From a virus: a stretch of DNA of 64,000 nt. Both the position numbers and the translations under genes were made by a program. The DNA is taken from IMG/VR virus record IMGVR_UViG_3300042862_000066, positions 1 through 64,000 of that record; one strand, 5' to 3'. The notes beneath the pieces were generated by a model. That model was given only the letters and a program-made list of their open reading frames with translations, made no database searches and had not been told where the DNA came from. Positions 8,371 to 15,874 of the stretch are shown in pieces (positions within the stretch are counted from its first letter, which is position 1; every line of letters starts with the position of its first letter).

Positions 8371-10362
8371 ATGAATCACTGGGTAATGGACTATGAGACA
8401 CTTATTAATTGTTTCGTAGCAGTATTTGAACATTATAAAACAGAGGAGACTAAGACATTCGTTGTACATAAACTTCGCAATGACTATGAAGAGCTTCTCA
8501 GATTTGTAAATCATAATGCTTATGATAATGAATGGCACATATCGTTTAATGGTTTAAACTTTGACTCTCAGATTACTGAATTCCTGATTAAGGAAGGCGC
8601 CGATCTTGTTGGTTTAGATCCTGAACGTATAGCGTATGCTTTATATCTTCAGGCTCAAGACGTAATTACCCGTGGTAATAACGACGAGTTTCCTAAGTAT
8701 TCTGAAAGGGAGTTAAGTGTTCGTCAGATAGACGTTTATAAACTAAATCACTGGGATAACGCGGCAAAGAGATCTAGCTTGAAATGGATTCAGTATTCTA
8801 TGGATTGGTATAACATCCAAGAGATGCCTATACACCATAGCACTATGATCTATAAGCAAGAAGAGCTTGATACTATAGTAACCTACTGTATTAATGACGT
8901 TAAGTCTACTAAGGCCATCCTTCTGTTAAGCAAAGAACAGATTGCTTTACGTAAGACATTGACTAATGAGTATGGTATTAACTTGTATAGTGCATCTGAG
9001 CCAAGGATATCCAAGGAATTGTTTCTGTACTTCTTAAGTAAGAAGACCGGGATAAAAAAGTATGATCTAAAACAATTGAGAACGAATCGTGCAGAGATAA
9101 TTGTTGGTGATATCATACTACCGTATGTTAAGTTTAAACGTAAAGAGTTTAACAATATATTTGAGAAGTTTAAATCCTTGGTTATAGATACTAAGGAGAC
9201 TAAAGGCGGATTCAAATACTCTGTTACACATAAAGGCGTTAAGACAGACTATGGTCTCGGCGGATTGCATGGTGCTACTAAGTCTGGTATCTATGAGGCT
9301 AAGGATGGTATGATTATAATGACGTCTGACGTTACTAGTTTCTATCCTAACCTAGCTATCAGAAATAAGTGGTCGCCTGCACATATCCCGCAGAAAGAAT
9401 TCTGTGAGCAGTATGAATGGTTCTTTGATGAACGTAAGAAGATTCCTAAGAAGGATCCAAAGAACTATGTATATAAAATTATTCTTAACAGTACTTATGG
9501 TTTAAGTAATGACGAGAATAGTTTCTTGTATGATCCAGAGTTTACCATGCGCATTACTATAAACGGTCAGTTAAGTTTGACTATGTTATATGAGATGCTA
9601 TCTGATGGAATCCCCGGAAGCATACCGCTTATGCAAAATACAGATGGTCTTGAGATGATGATTCCAGCAAGTTATAAAGACAAGTATCTGGAAATTTGTA
9701 GTAAGTGGGAAGAGATAACAAACCTACAGTTAGAGCATGATCAGTATCAGAAGATAATTCTAGCTGACGTTAATAACTATATTGCTGTTCATTCTGCCAA
9801 GGAGATTACAAAAGAAGAATCGGATGCTCTGAAGAAGAAGAATCCACATCATGTGTTTAAGGAGATAGGGGGTAAGTATTTGTACTCTCCTGTTAAGTGT
9901 AAAGGCAGATTCGAATTTAATGATCTAGCGTTACATAAGAATAAGAGCTTCCTAATTATACCTAAAGCTATATATAATTACTTTGTGCATGACGTATTAC
10001 CAGAAAAGACTATGATTGCAAATAGAAACATACTGGATTATTGTGCAGGTATTAAAGCAAAAGGCGATTGGAAGTTTGTTAAGACATGTTTCGAGAAAGG
10101 TAAACGTACAGATGAAATTCTACAGAAGATCGTAAGGTATTATATATCTGAGAAGGGATGTAAGATAATCAAACGTAACATAGCCGACGCTAGAGAGATT
10201 CAAGTAGAATCCGGTAAGTGGATGCAAACCGTGATGGATGAATATCAAGAAAAGAAATGGTCTGACTATAACGTTAATGAAGATTACTATCTAGAGAAAA
10301 TCTATAAAGAAATCGAGAACGTTAATAAGAACAAAGAGAAATCACAATTAAGTTTATTCTAA
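8371..10362 (+). CDS. polB: DNA polymerase family B with 3'-5' exonuclease domain
   Basis: ExoI DYE, ExoII FNGLNFD, ExoIII YCIND; motif A DVTSFYP, motif B KIILNSTYG, motif C NTDG. Start 8371 chosen because ATG8341 lies inside the hairpin. Confidence 0.93.
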   Translation: MNHWVMDYETLINCFVAVFEHYKTEETKTFVVHKLRNDYEELLRFVNHNAYDNEWHISFNGLNFDSQITEFLIKEGADLVGLDPERIAYALYLQAQDVITRGNNDEFPKYSERELSVRQIDVYKLNHWDNAAKRSSLKWIQYSMDWYNIQEMPIHHSTMIYKQEELDTIVTYCINDVKSTKAILLLSKEQIALRKTLTNEYGINLYSASEPRISKELFLYFLSKKTGIKKYDLKQLRTNRAEIIVGDIILPYVKFKRKEFNNIFEKFKSLVIDTKETKGGFKYSVTHKGVKTDYGLGGLHGATKSGIYEAKDGMIIMTSDVTSFYPNLAIRNKWSPAHIPQKEFCEQYEWFFDERKKIPKKDPKNYVYKIILNSTYGLSNDENSFLYDPEFTMRITINGQLSLTMLYEMLSDGIPGSIPLMQNTDGLEMMIPASYKDKYLEICSKWEEITNLQLEHDQYQKIILADVNNYIAVHSAKEITKEESDALKKKNPHHVFKEIGGKYLYSPVKCKGRFEFNDLALHKNKSFLIIPKAIYNYFVHDVLPEKTMIANRNILDYCAGIKAKGDWKFVKTCFEKGKRTDEILQKIVRYYISEKGCKIIKRNIADAREIQVESGKWMQTVMDEYQEKKWSDYNVNEDYYLEKIYKEIENVNKNKEKSQLSLF

Positions 10363-11402
10363 TGAGTAAAAGAATTCCTACTGGTATAACCAGAGAATAT
10401 TTAGAGAATGTAGCCCTGCCTAACCACGGTGGGCGCTATACTCCTATCAGCCACAAGTCTATTATAGATAAAGTTCATGAAGAACTTGCTACTCGTGGCT
10501 TTAATGTAGAATCAGAATTATACCGTGCAAGTATTGGCGGTAATGTTGCAAATGGAATCTATATCCTAGATCAGGGTACAGATCCAGATATGAAGATGAT
10601 GTTTATATGGGGTAACTCGTATGACAAATCTATGAGGTTTAAATGTGGAGTTGGGGTTTACATTCCGAAGACTGGTAACTATATCTTTGCAGGTGACTTA
10701 TCTAGTTATGCTAGAAAGCATACGGGTAAAGCAGATGAAGAAGCTATTAGTATGATTCAGACACAACTAAATATGGCTAATGCTCACTATGCTGACTTAC
10801 TTGCATCAAGAGATATACTTATTAATCAGACTGCTAGCTTGCATACCTATTCACAATTGGTAGGCCAGATGTTTATTGATAAGCAATGTCTTAATAAGGA
10901 ACAAGTATCTTCGGTAAGAGATAGTCTTATAGGTAAAGTTGTCCTATTCGATAACATTGATCATACTAATGCATGGAATTTCTATAACTGTGTAGCTACT
11001 GCATTACGTATGTCGCATCCTAAGAACTGGTTCGAGGATCAATCAGAATGCCACAAAGTTATTAACAAATACTTTGCGTTAACTACTTTAACACAAATGG
11101 ATTGCCCTATGGATACTCCTATGGAGTATGGAATTGTACAAGATTCTGTACAAGAACCTACTAATCAGTTAAGTTTACTAGATGTAATCGATGAGGTTGA
11201 ACGAAAAGAAGAAGAATTGAAAGATTACAATATCTCTGAAAATGTAGATAGCGTTACTCTAGATTTAATCTATGAGGAAGGCGAGCCGGAGAATGTTGAG
11301 GAAATTGTTAGTGAAAATAAAGAAGAAGAATTGGAACATGAAGAAGAATTCTTTAACTTTGGTGTCACTGAATTACCAACATTCCAACTACCGGATCTAT
11401 GA
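10362..11402 (+). CDS. DUF932-like protein with a long acidic C-terminal tail
   Basis: YTPISH..IID, NSYDKSM, RKHTG and WNFYN..T..L motifs; Glu-rich tail. Confidence 0.65.
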   Translation: MSKRIPTGITREYLENVALPNHGGRYTPISHKSIIDKVHEELATRGFNVESELYRASIGGNVANGIYILDQGTDPDMKMMFIWGNSYDKSMRFKCGVGVYIPKTGNYIFAGDLSSYARKHTGKADEEAISMIQTQLNMANAHYADLLASRDILINQTASLHTYSQLVGQMFIDKQCLNKEQVSSVRDSLIGKVVLFDNIDHTNAWNFYNCVATALRMSHPKNWFEDQSECHKVINKYFALTTLTQMDCPMDTPMEYGIVQDSVQEPTNQLSLLDVIDEVERKEEELKDYNISENVDSVTLDLIYEEGEPENVEEIVSENKEEELEHEEEFFNFGVTELPTFQLPDL

Positions 11403-11926
11403 CAAGAGAAGAGTTTACAAAGAAAGTAGAAAAGCGTATTGATCTAATACGCCAGACATTGCTTACTAAACATAAAGAGTACGCTAAAGACGATAATGTA
11501 TTCAGAAACTTTGATGAAGCTGCGGGGGGACTATCCCTCCACGGCTCATCTTCTGAAGTATTATGGAGCTACATGACTAAGCATCTTGTATCTATTAAAG
11601 ACATAGTAGCTAACGGTAAGCCTGCTGAGGCAGAGGTAGTATCTGAAAAGATTGGAGATGTAATTAACTATCTAATCCTACTAGAGGCTATGCTGAATGA
11701 GCAAGGGTACAAGCACTGTAAACTTAAAGAAGCATATGATAAGCATAAGCTTTATAATAAAACTGATATAGATAGATTGTCTATGTGGACTAGTGACTAT
11801 ACTAAGAATACGGATATGTTAGGTCTCGTTAAGATGGCAAACAATAATCCTTTTAGTAAGGGTAGTGACCACGATGTAGATAAGGTTAGGTATCATAATA
11901 AGCCCGGCGAAGAACGCGGCTATTAA
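11399..11926 (+). CDS. MazG-like / DUF1599 (nucleotide-modification-associated) protein
   Basis: KHKEYA.DDNVFRNF...KH...EKIGDVINYLILL pattern. Confidence 0.65.
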   Translation: MTREEFTKKVEKRIDLIRQTLLTKHKEYAKDDNVFRNFDEAAGGLSLHGSSSEVLWSYMTKHLVSIKDIVANGKPAEAEVVSEKIGDVINYLILLEAMLNEQGYKHCKLKEAYDKHKLYNKTDIDRLSMWTSDYTKNTDMLGLVKMANNNPFSKGSDHDVDKVRYHNKPGEERGY

Positions 11927-11942
11927 TTGTAAATTATTGTAG

Positions 11943-12329
11943 ATGAAAAACTATATAGAGATGGTGGCCGAGTTCCACCACGTATTTGATCAGAAAGATG
12001 CTAAGAAACCAACTGTTGGATCCGTTAAGCAAGGCGAGCTACGCTATTCGTTACAAGCTGAAGAAAATTCAGAATACCTTGAAGCGATACGTGCTAATGA
12101 TCTTGTAGGTATCGCGGATGCTCTTGGTGACCAGCTCTACATTCTATTCGGGACTGTGCTTAAGCATGGTCTCCAAGATAAAATCGAGGATGTCTTTAAA
12201 GAAATCCAACGATCGAATATGAGTAAACTAGGTGCCGATGGCAAACCTATTTACCGGGAAGATGGAAAGATCTTAAAAGGGCCTGCATATTTCAGACCCG
12301 ATATCAAGAAGATCTTAGATCAACCCTGA
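11943..12329 (+). CDS. MazG-like NTP pyrophosphohydrolase (PRA-PH/DR2231 type)
   Basis: VAEFH..F, EENSEY, ADALGDQLY, EIQRSNMSK, REDGKILKG. Confidence 0.88.
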   Translation: MKNYIEMVAEFHHVFDQKDAKKPTVGSVKQGELRYSLQAEENSEYLEAIRANDLVGIADALGDQLYILFGTVLKHGLQDKIEDVFKEIQRSNMSKLGADGKPIYREDGKILKGPAYFRPDIKKILDQP

Positions 12330-12457
12330 CCTCTATAACTTTTCTTATACAACTTGCTAGTCTTTAATCGACTAGTTTTAGTTTTTGCTATTACCCCTGG
12401 GCGGCTAACCTTAGCTCGCTTAGGGGCATTGCTTTTTATAGTTGCTACTTTAGCCAT
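12320..12457 (-). CDS. 45-aa basic protein ending KLYKKSYRGQG
   Basis: Manual translation MAKVATIKSNAPKRAKVSRPGVIAKTKTSRLKTSKLYKKSYRGQG*; ATG overlaps the upstream TAA. Below the ORF-track cutoff. Confidence 0.75.
   Translation of the reverse strand: MAKVATIKSNAPKRAKVSRPGVIAKTKTSRLKTSKLYKKSYRGQG
12394..12437 (+). terminator. hairpin at the arm-convergence point; probable terminator of the + operon
   Basis: CCCCTGGGCGGCTA-ACCT-TAGC(T)CGCTTAGGGG followed by CATTGCTTTTT. Confidence 0.45.
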
Positions 12458-12750
12458 TACTTTTTCTTTTTAATCATCCCACCTCTCTTTAACGGAGTAA
12501 GAGCTGAACCTGCAGGCTTATTCTTAGGGTTGGTCTTCTCTTTTTCTTTTTTATTCCAGTCCTCTTGAGATTTTTTTATTTCAGCAGCACTAGGTTTTGG
12601 ACCTCTATAAACTCCAGTTCTTAAAGGGTTGTTTCCAGTCGGAGGAGTATTCGAAGTAGTCGGGTTAGCTCTTTGAGGAGCAGCTACAGAGTTAGGATCA
12701 GATGTTACTCCTTTTCCAAACTTTGCCTTTTTTAAAATTTTCTTTGCCAT
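12457..12750 (-). CDS. small basic MAKK...GG protein
   Basis: MAKKILKKAKFG...LKRGGMIKKKK; TAATG coupling. Confidence 0.8.
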   Translation of the reverse strand: MAKKILKKAKFGKGVTSDPNSVAAPQRANPTTSNTPPTGNNPLRTGVYRGPKPSAAEIKKSQEDWNKKEKEKTNPKNKPAGSALTPLKRGGMIKKKK

Positions 12751-13136
12751 TACTTTTTAATTTTACCTAATTTTGCTTTTTCCATTCTGTCTACTTGGTC
12801 AAGAGCTGTGATTGGTCTTGTGATAGTTCCTCCTGCTTTTTTACTAGGAGTTGTCATTGAATCTAACAGTCTTAATCTTTTCTCGTTATTAAATTTTTCT
12901 TCTAATTTTGATGGACCACTATTCATCACAGACTTTATAAATTTTTGTCTGTTTGCAGCATCTGTAGAATCGGATGTAGCTTTACTTGAAGCATACATTT
13001 CATCCATGCTAAGCTGTTTAACAGCAGGAGCTCTAACTTTTTCTAGAGCTGCTTGATTAGCCATGTTCATATTAGCTTGCTGAGAAGCAGTAATAGCGGA
13101 CGTAGAATTCTTTTCGGGTCTTTTCTTCTTTGCCAT
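12750..13136 (-). CDS. small basic MAKK...GG protein
   Basis: MAKKKRP...KKAGGTI...LGKIKK; TAATG coupling. Confidence 0.8.
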   Translation of the reverse strand: MAKKKRPEKNSTSAITASQQANMNMANQAALEKVRAPAVKQLSMDEMYASSKATSDSTDAANRQKFIKSVMNSGPSKLEEKFNNEKRLRLLDSMTTPSKKAGGTITRPITALDQVDRMEKAKLGKIKK

Positions 13137-13417
13137 TATTTCTTCTTTTTAGTTTGTCCACCTTTTTTCATAACAGAGGTCCCTTTTATCCTATCTTTTA
13201 TAATCTCTTTATCAATTAATCGCATTTTTCTATCGTCAAGTCTATTTACCTTATCATTAAGTCTATTCACTCTATTTTGATTTGGAGAACTTGATCGAGT
13301 CTCATCCATCATTCTTTGCCACGTATTGTCAGTGCGCTTATCTAAGATATTAATTCTTTTTCTTCTGATGCTATCAGTACTTGTGCCCATTTCGGCTTTT
13401 GCTAATTTCTTTGCCAT
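13136..13417 (-). CDS. small basic MAKK...GG protein
   Basis: MAKKLAKAEMG...MKKGGQTKKKK. Confidence 0.8.
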   Translation of the reverse strand: MAKKLAKAEMGTSTDSIRRKRINILDKRTDNTWQRMMDETRSSSPNQNRVNRLNDKVNRLDDRKMRLIDKEIIKDRIKGTSVMKKGGQTKKKK

Positions 13418-13434
13418 TGTTTTATATTTTTAAG

Positions 13435-13581
13435 TTAAGATCCACAGTATAAACAGCCGTCATCTGCGTCCTCGCTTTTGCCGGCTAATATATTTTTGCA
13501 TTCAGCATCCACTTGTTCATCTGACCATTGAGGATGAAATGCTTTTACTTGAGCTCTAAGAAATTGGTAATCGTTATTCAT
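13435..13581 (-). CDS. 48-aa acidic protein with C-terminal CxxC (DDGCLYCGS)
   Basis: Manual translation MNNDYQFLRAQVKAFHPQWSDEQVDAECKNILAGKSEDADDGCLYCGS*; ATG overlaps the upstream TAA. Confidence 0.75.
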   Translation of the reverse strand: MNNDYQFLRAQVKAFHPQWSDEQVDAECKNILAGKSEDADDGCLYCGS

Positions 13582-13856
13582 TAACGTTTTTTACTTTTTA
13601 TTGTACCACCTTTCTTACTAGGGGCTAGCAGAGTTGGCAATTTATTTTTGTGATTTTTTTGATAAAGCTCGTTCATTTTTTTTTGATGATCCAGTTTGAG
13701 TTTTTCATTTAATTTTTGCTGTTGCTCCTCTCTAAACTTGGTCTGGTCGGCCGCTTTTTTTTTCTCTGCAGCTTGTCTTACAGCAAAAGGTGTTTTATCT
13801 GGAGGTGTCGAATTAGCACCACCACCGTTATATTTCTTAATTGTTTTTTTTGCCAT
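13581..13856 (-). CDS. small basic MAKK...GG protein
   Basis: MAKKTIKKYNGGG...SKKGGTIKSKKR. Confidence 0.8.
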   Translation of the reverse strand: MAKKTIKKYNGGGANSTPPDKTPFAVRQAAEKKKAADQTKFREEQQQKLNEKLKLDHQKKMNELYQKNHKNKLPTLLAPSKKGGTIKSKKR

Positions 13857-13868
13857 GTCTTTATGTTA

Positions 13869-14000
13869 TTATTTCTTACCCATTTTCTTTATAGACATCT
13901 TAGGTTTAGCGTTGGTCTTTACCATTCCGCCGTGTTTAAAATTTCCGCTTTGCTTTCTTGTTATAGCGGACATTGACATAGTTTTCTTATCTTGAGCCAT
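13869..14000 (-). CDS. 43-aa basic GG-motif protein
   Basis: Manual translation MAQDKKTMSMSAITRKQSGNFKHGGMVKTNAKPKMSIKKMGKK*. Confidence 0.7.
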   Translation of the reverse strand: MAQDKKTMSMSAITRKQSGNFKHGGMVKTNAKPKMSIKKMGKK

Positions 14001-14011
14001 TGTATTATGTA

Positions 14012-14476
14012 TTAGTTAGTTACTATAAGTAAAGTTAACAAAAAAACCGATACTCCTCCAAATATCCAGTTATTTCTTTTTGCAATTCCTAGATATTTTT
14101 GTGAAGTATGCAGGGAATCTCGAGTTTCTACCAAGTACGACTGTAAATCTGCATTGTGATCAAGGCAATTTGTTGTTCTCTGGTTCGCGTCAGTAAGGAA
14201 ACCGCTGATCTTTTTAATCTCAAGTTCTTTATCATTAATACGGAGCTCGTAGGTTTTAATGATTTCGTCTTTTCTTCCAATGCTTTTCTGCAGGTAGTCA
14301 TAGTCCACAATAGATTTAAGCAAGATCTCCTCTTGTTTATCTGTGAAGAAGATACCTTTGGTATCATTGTACTTAATTCTTTGGGGAGTAAGCTGCCCAT
14401 ATACGGTCCCGCTGCTCATCATTTGCATTAGGGATAATAGCAATAAGAATATCCCGATCACCTTTATCTTTGTCAT
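14012..14476 (-). CDS. putative spanin-like lysis protein (signal peptide, coiled coil, C-terminal hydrophobic anchor)
   Basis: Hydrophobic N-terminus, C-terminal WIFGGVSVFLLTLLIV; overlaps the 3' end of the i-spanin-like gene. Confidence 0.5.
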   Translation of the reverse strand: MTKIKVIGIFLLLLSLMQMMSSGTVYGQLTPQRIKYNDTKGIFFTDKQEEILLKSIVDYDYLQKSIGRKDEIIKTYELRINDKELEIKKISGFLTDANQRTTNCLDHNADLQSYLVETRDSLHTSQKYLGIAKRNNWIFGGVSVFLLTLLIVTN

Positions 14477-14738
14477 CTTTTTTGTTTATAGTGTTTATAC
14501 TGTTAACTCGTTGAATATCAACAATATCCAAGCTGTCTTGGAGAATCTTTAGCTTTAAAGAATCTACTAAGATACTATCTCTTACATCATCAGCATAAGC
14601 TTGACGCTTAAGCTCCTCTATGTTAAGATCCTTTACCTTGTTCTTATATTGTAATATTGCGATAAAGATTACAATTGCTACAAGAGCTACTACTACAGCT
14701 ATGTCTTTATACAGTTTCTTCAGTTGGCGTGTTGTCAT
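14373..14738 (-). CDS. putative i-spanin (N-terminal TM + coiled coil)
   Basis: MTTRQLKKLYKDIAVVVALVAIVIFIAILQY then a helical region; lies downstream of the endolysin and holins. Confidence 0.55.
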   Translation of the reverse strand: MTTRQLKKLYKDIAVVVALVAIVIFIAILQYKNKVKDLNIEELKRQAYADDVRDSILVDSLKLKILQDSLDIVDIQRVNSINTINKKDDKDKGDRDILIAIIPNANDEQRDRIWAAYSPKN

Positions 14739-15012
14739 AGTTGATCTCAGGTTGTGGCTCAGGAGCCGGTTGTACTGGAGCTGGTACCTCTTTCCTTTTA
14801 TCAAAAATCTTTTCAATAACCGTTAAGCCTAGTCCTCCACCTGCTATTAGACATAGAGCGTCAAACATAAACTCCGGGGTGATATGATCATCATTACGGA
14901 AAGTAGCAACGTATGCTAAGATAATGATGTTGAATAATGTAAATGCAGATAAGACTCTCTTACTTGAAAGAGAAGACTTATTGCTAAATAGGTCATAGAA
15001 AAACTTTTTCAT
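14707..15012 (-). CDS. holin-like membrane protein (2 TM)
   Basis: SSKRVLSAFTLFNIIILAYVA and LCLIAGGGLGLTVIEK hydrophobic segments in the lysis cluster. Confidence 0.6.
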   Translation of the reverse strand: MKKFFYDLFSNKSSLSSKRVLSAFTLFNIIILAYVATFRNDDHITPEFMFDALCLIAGGGLGLTVIEKIFDKRKEVPAPVQPAPEPQPEINYDNTPTEETV

Positions 15013-15311
15013 ACTTGTGCTTTTTCTGACTTCTGTGTACCAAAGTAGTACGAGAAGATCATTAGGGTTAGTGTTTTTATTAAGTCAAATAACTCTTGGT
15101 TCTGGTGGTCACTCAGCAATGGCATTCCAAATGCTACTACCTTATCTACTATGAATACTCCTACCAAAGATGCAAAGATTAATAAGATAAACCTTACTAA
15201 TATGTCTTTGGTATCAGCTTTAAATAGTCTATTGATGTAGTAAACAAATAATGATATAAAGGCCATACCAAATATGACCCCAAATACCATTGTATTACCG
15301 TGAGTAAACAT
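15009..15311 (-). CDS. holin-like membrane protein (3 TM)
   Basis: Three hydrophobic segments ending IFSYYFGT; adjacent to the endolysin. Confidence 0.6.
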   Translation of the reverse strand: MFTHGNTMVFGVIFGMAFISLFVYYINRLFKADTKDILVRFILLIFASLVGVFIVDKVVAFGMPLLSDHQNQELFDLIKTLTLMIFSYYFGTQKSEKAQV

Positions 15312-15856
15312 TAGAATTCTCTAAGTAAAGTGTAAGTAAATGCACTTTTAGCTGAATTTTCACAAGCTGCAATCAATGTAGCAAATTGTTTAGGATCATT
15401 AAGTACTTGACATCCTGCTGACCACTTATCTATAATACTAGAAATAGCTGATGGATTAGCACGGTGTATGTTAATACCAAATAAACCGGTATCTTCCTTG
15501 CCTTGCTCTTCTGCAGTATCATCTTTGTCACCATCGCGGTATACAGTTACAGGTTTACGCTGTACTAATGCTTTATACTTACCTTGGTGTAATCCTAATT
15601 GATAAGCATCAACATATTGTCCTGGCTTTAATACTGCTGTACCTTTTGGGTTCATCAGGTTTTTTAACCAGTGTGTACCAGGATTAGTTGTACCAGAGAA
15701 TATCTGTTGCATTGGACCATTGATCAAGTAGATAGTGTCATCAAACTTGTTCTTCTCATTTGCTTTAGACCTTACTCCTACAATATGTAGGGTTGGCCAT
15801 TGGTAACCTAGTTCAGCAAATTTTGCTTCTAGTTCTTTGTAGCTGTATTGTTTCAT
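15311..15856 (-). CDS. putative endolysin with L,D-transpeptidase (YkuD)-like His/Cys catalytic motif
   Basis: GINIH-X14-SAGCQV fits H-X14-17-[ST]xGC; followed by holin- and spanin-like genes. Confidence 0.7.
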   Translation of the reverse strand: MKQYSYKELEAKFAELGYQWPTLHIVGVRSKANEKNKFDDTIYLINGPMQQIFSGTTNPGTHWLKNLMNPKGTAVLKPGQYVDAYQLGLHQGKYKALVQRKPVTVYRDGDKDDTAEEQGKEDTGLFGINIHRANPSAISSIIDKWSAGCQVLNDPKQFATLIAACENSAKSAFTYTLLREF

Positions 15857-15874
15857 ATATATAATATAATAAAA

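Noticed and set aside
12457-14000. Ubiquitin-like proteins with a conjugatable C-terminal GG
   Set aside because: The GG motifs are internal, the proteins look disordered or helical rather than beta-grasp, and no E1/E2/JAB genes are in the window.
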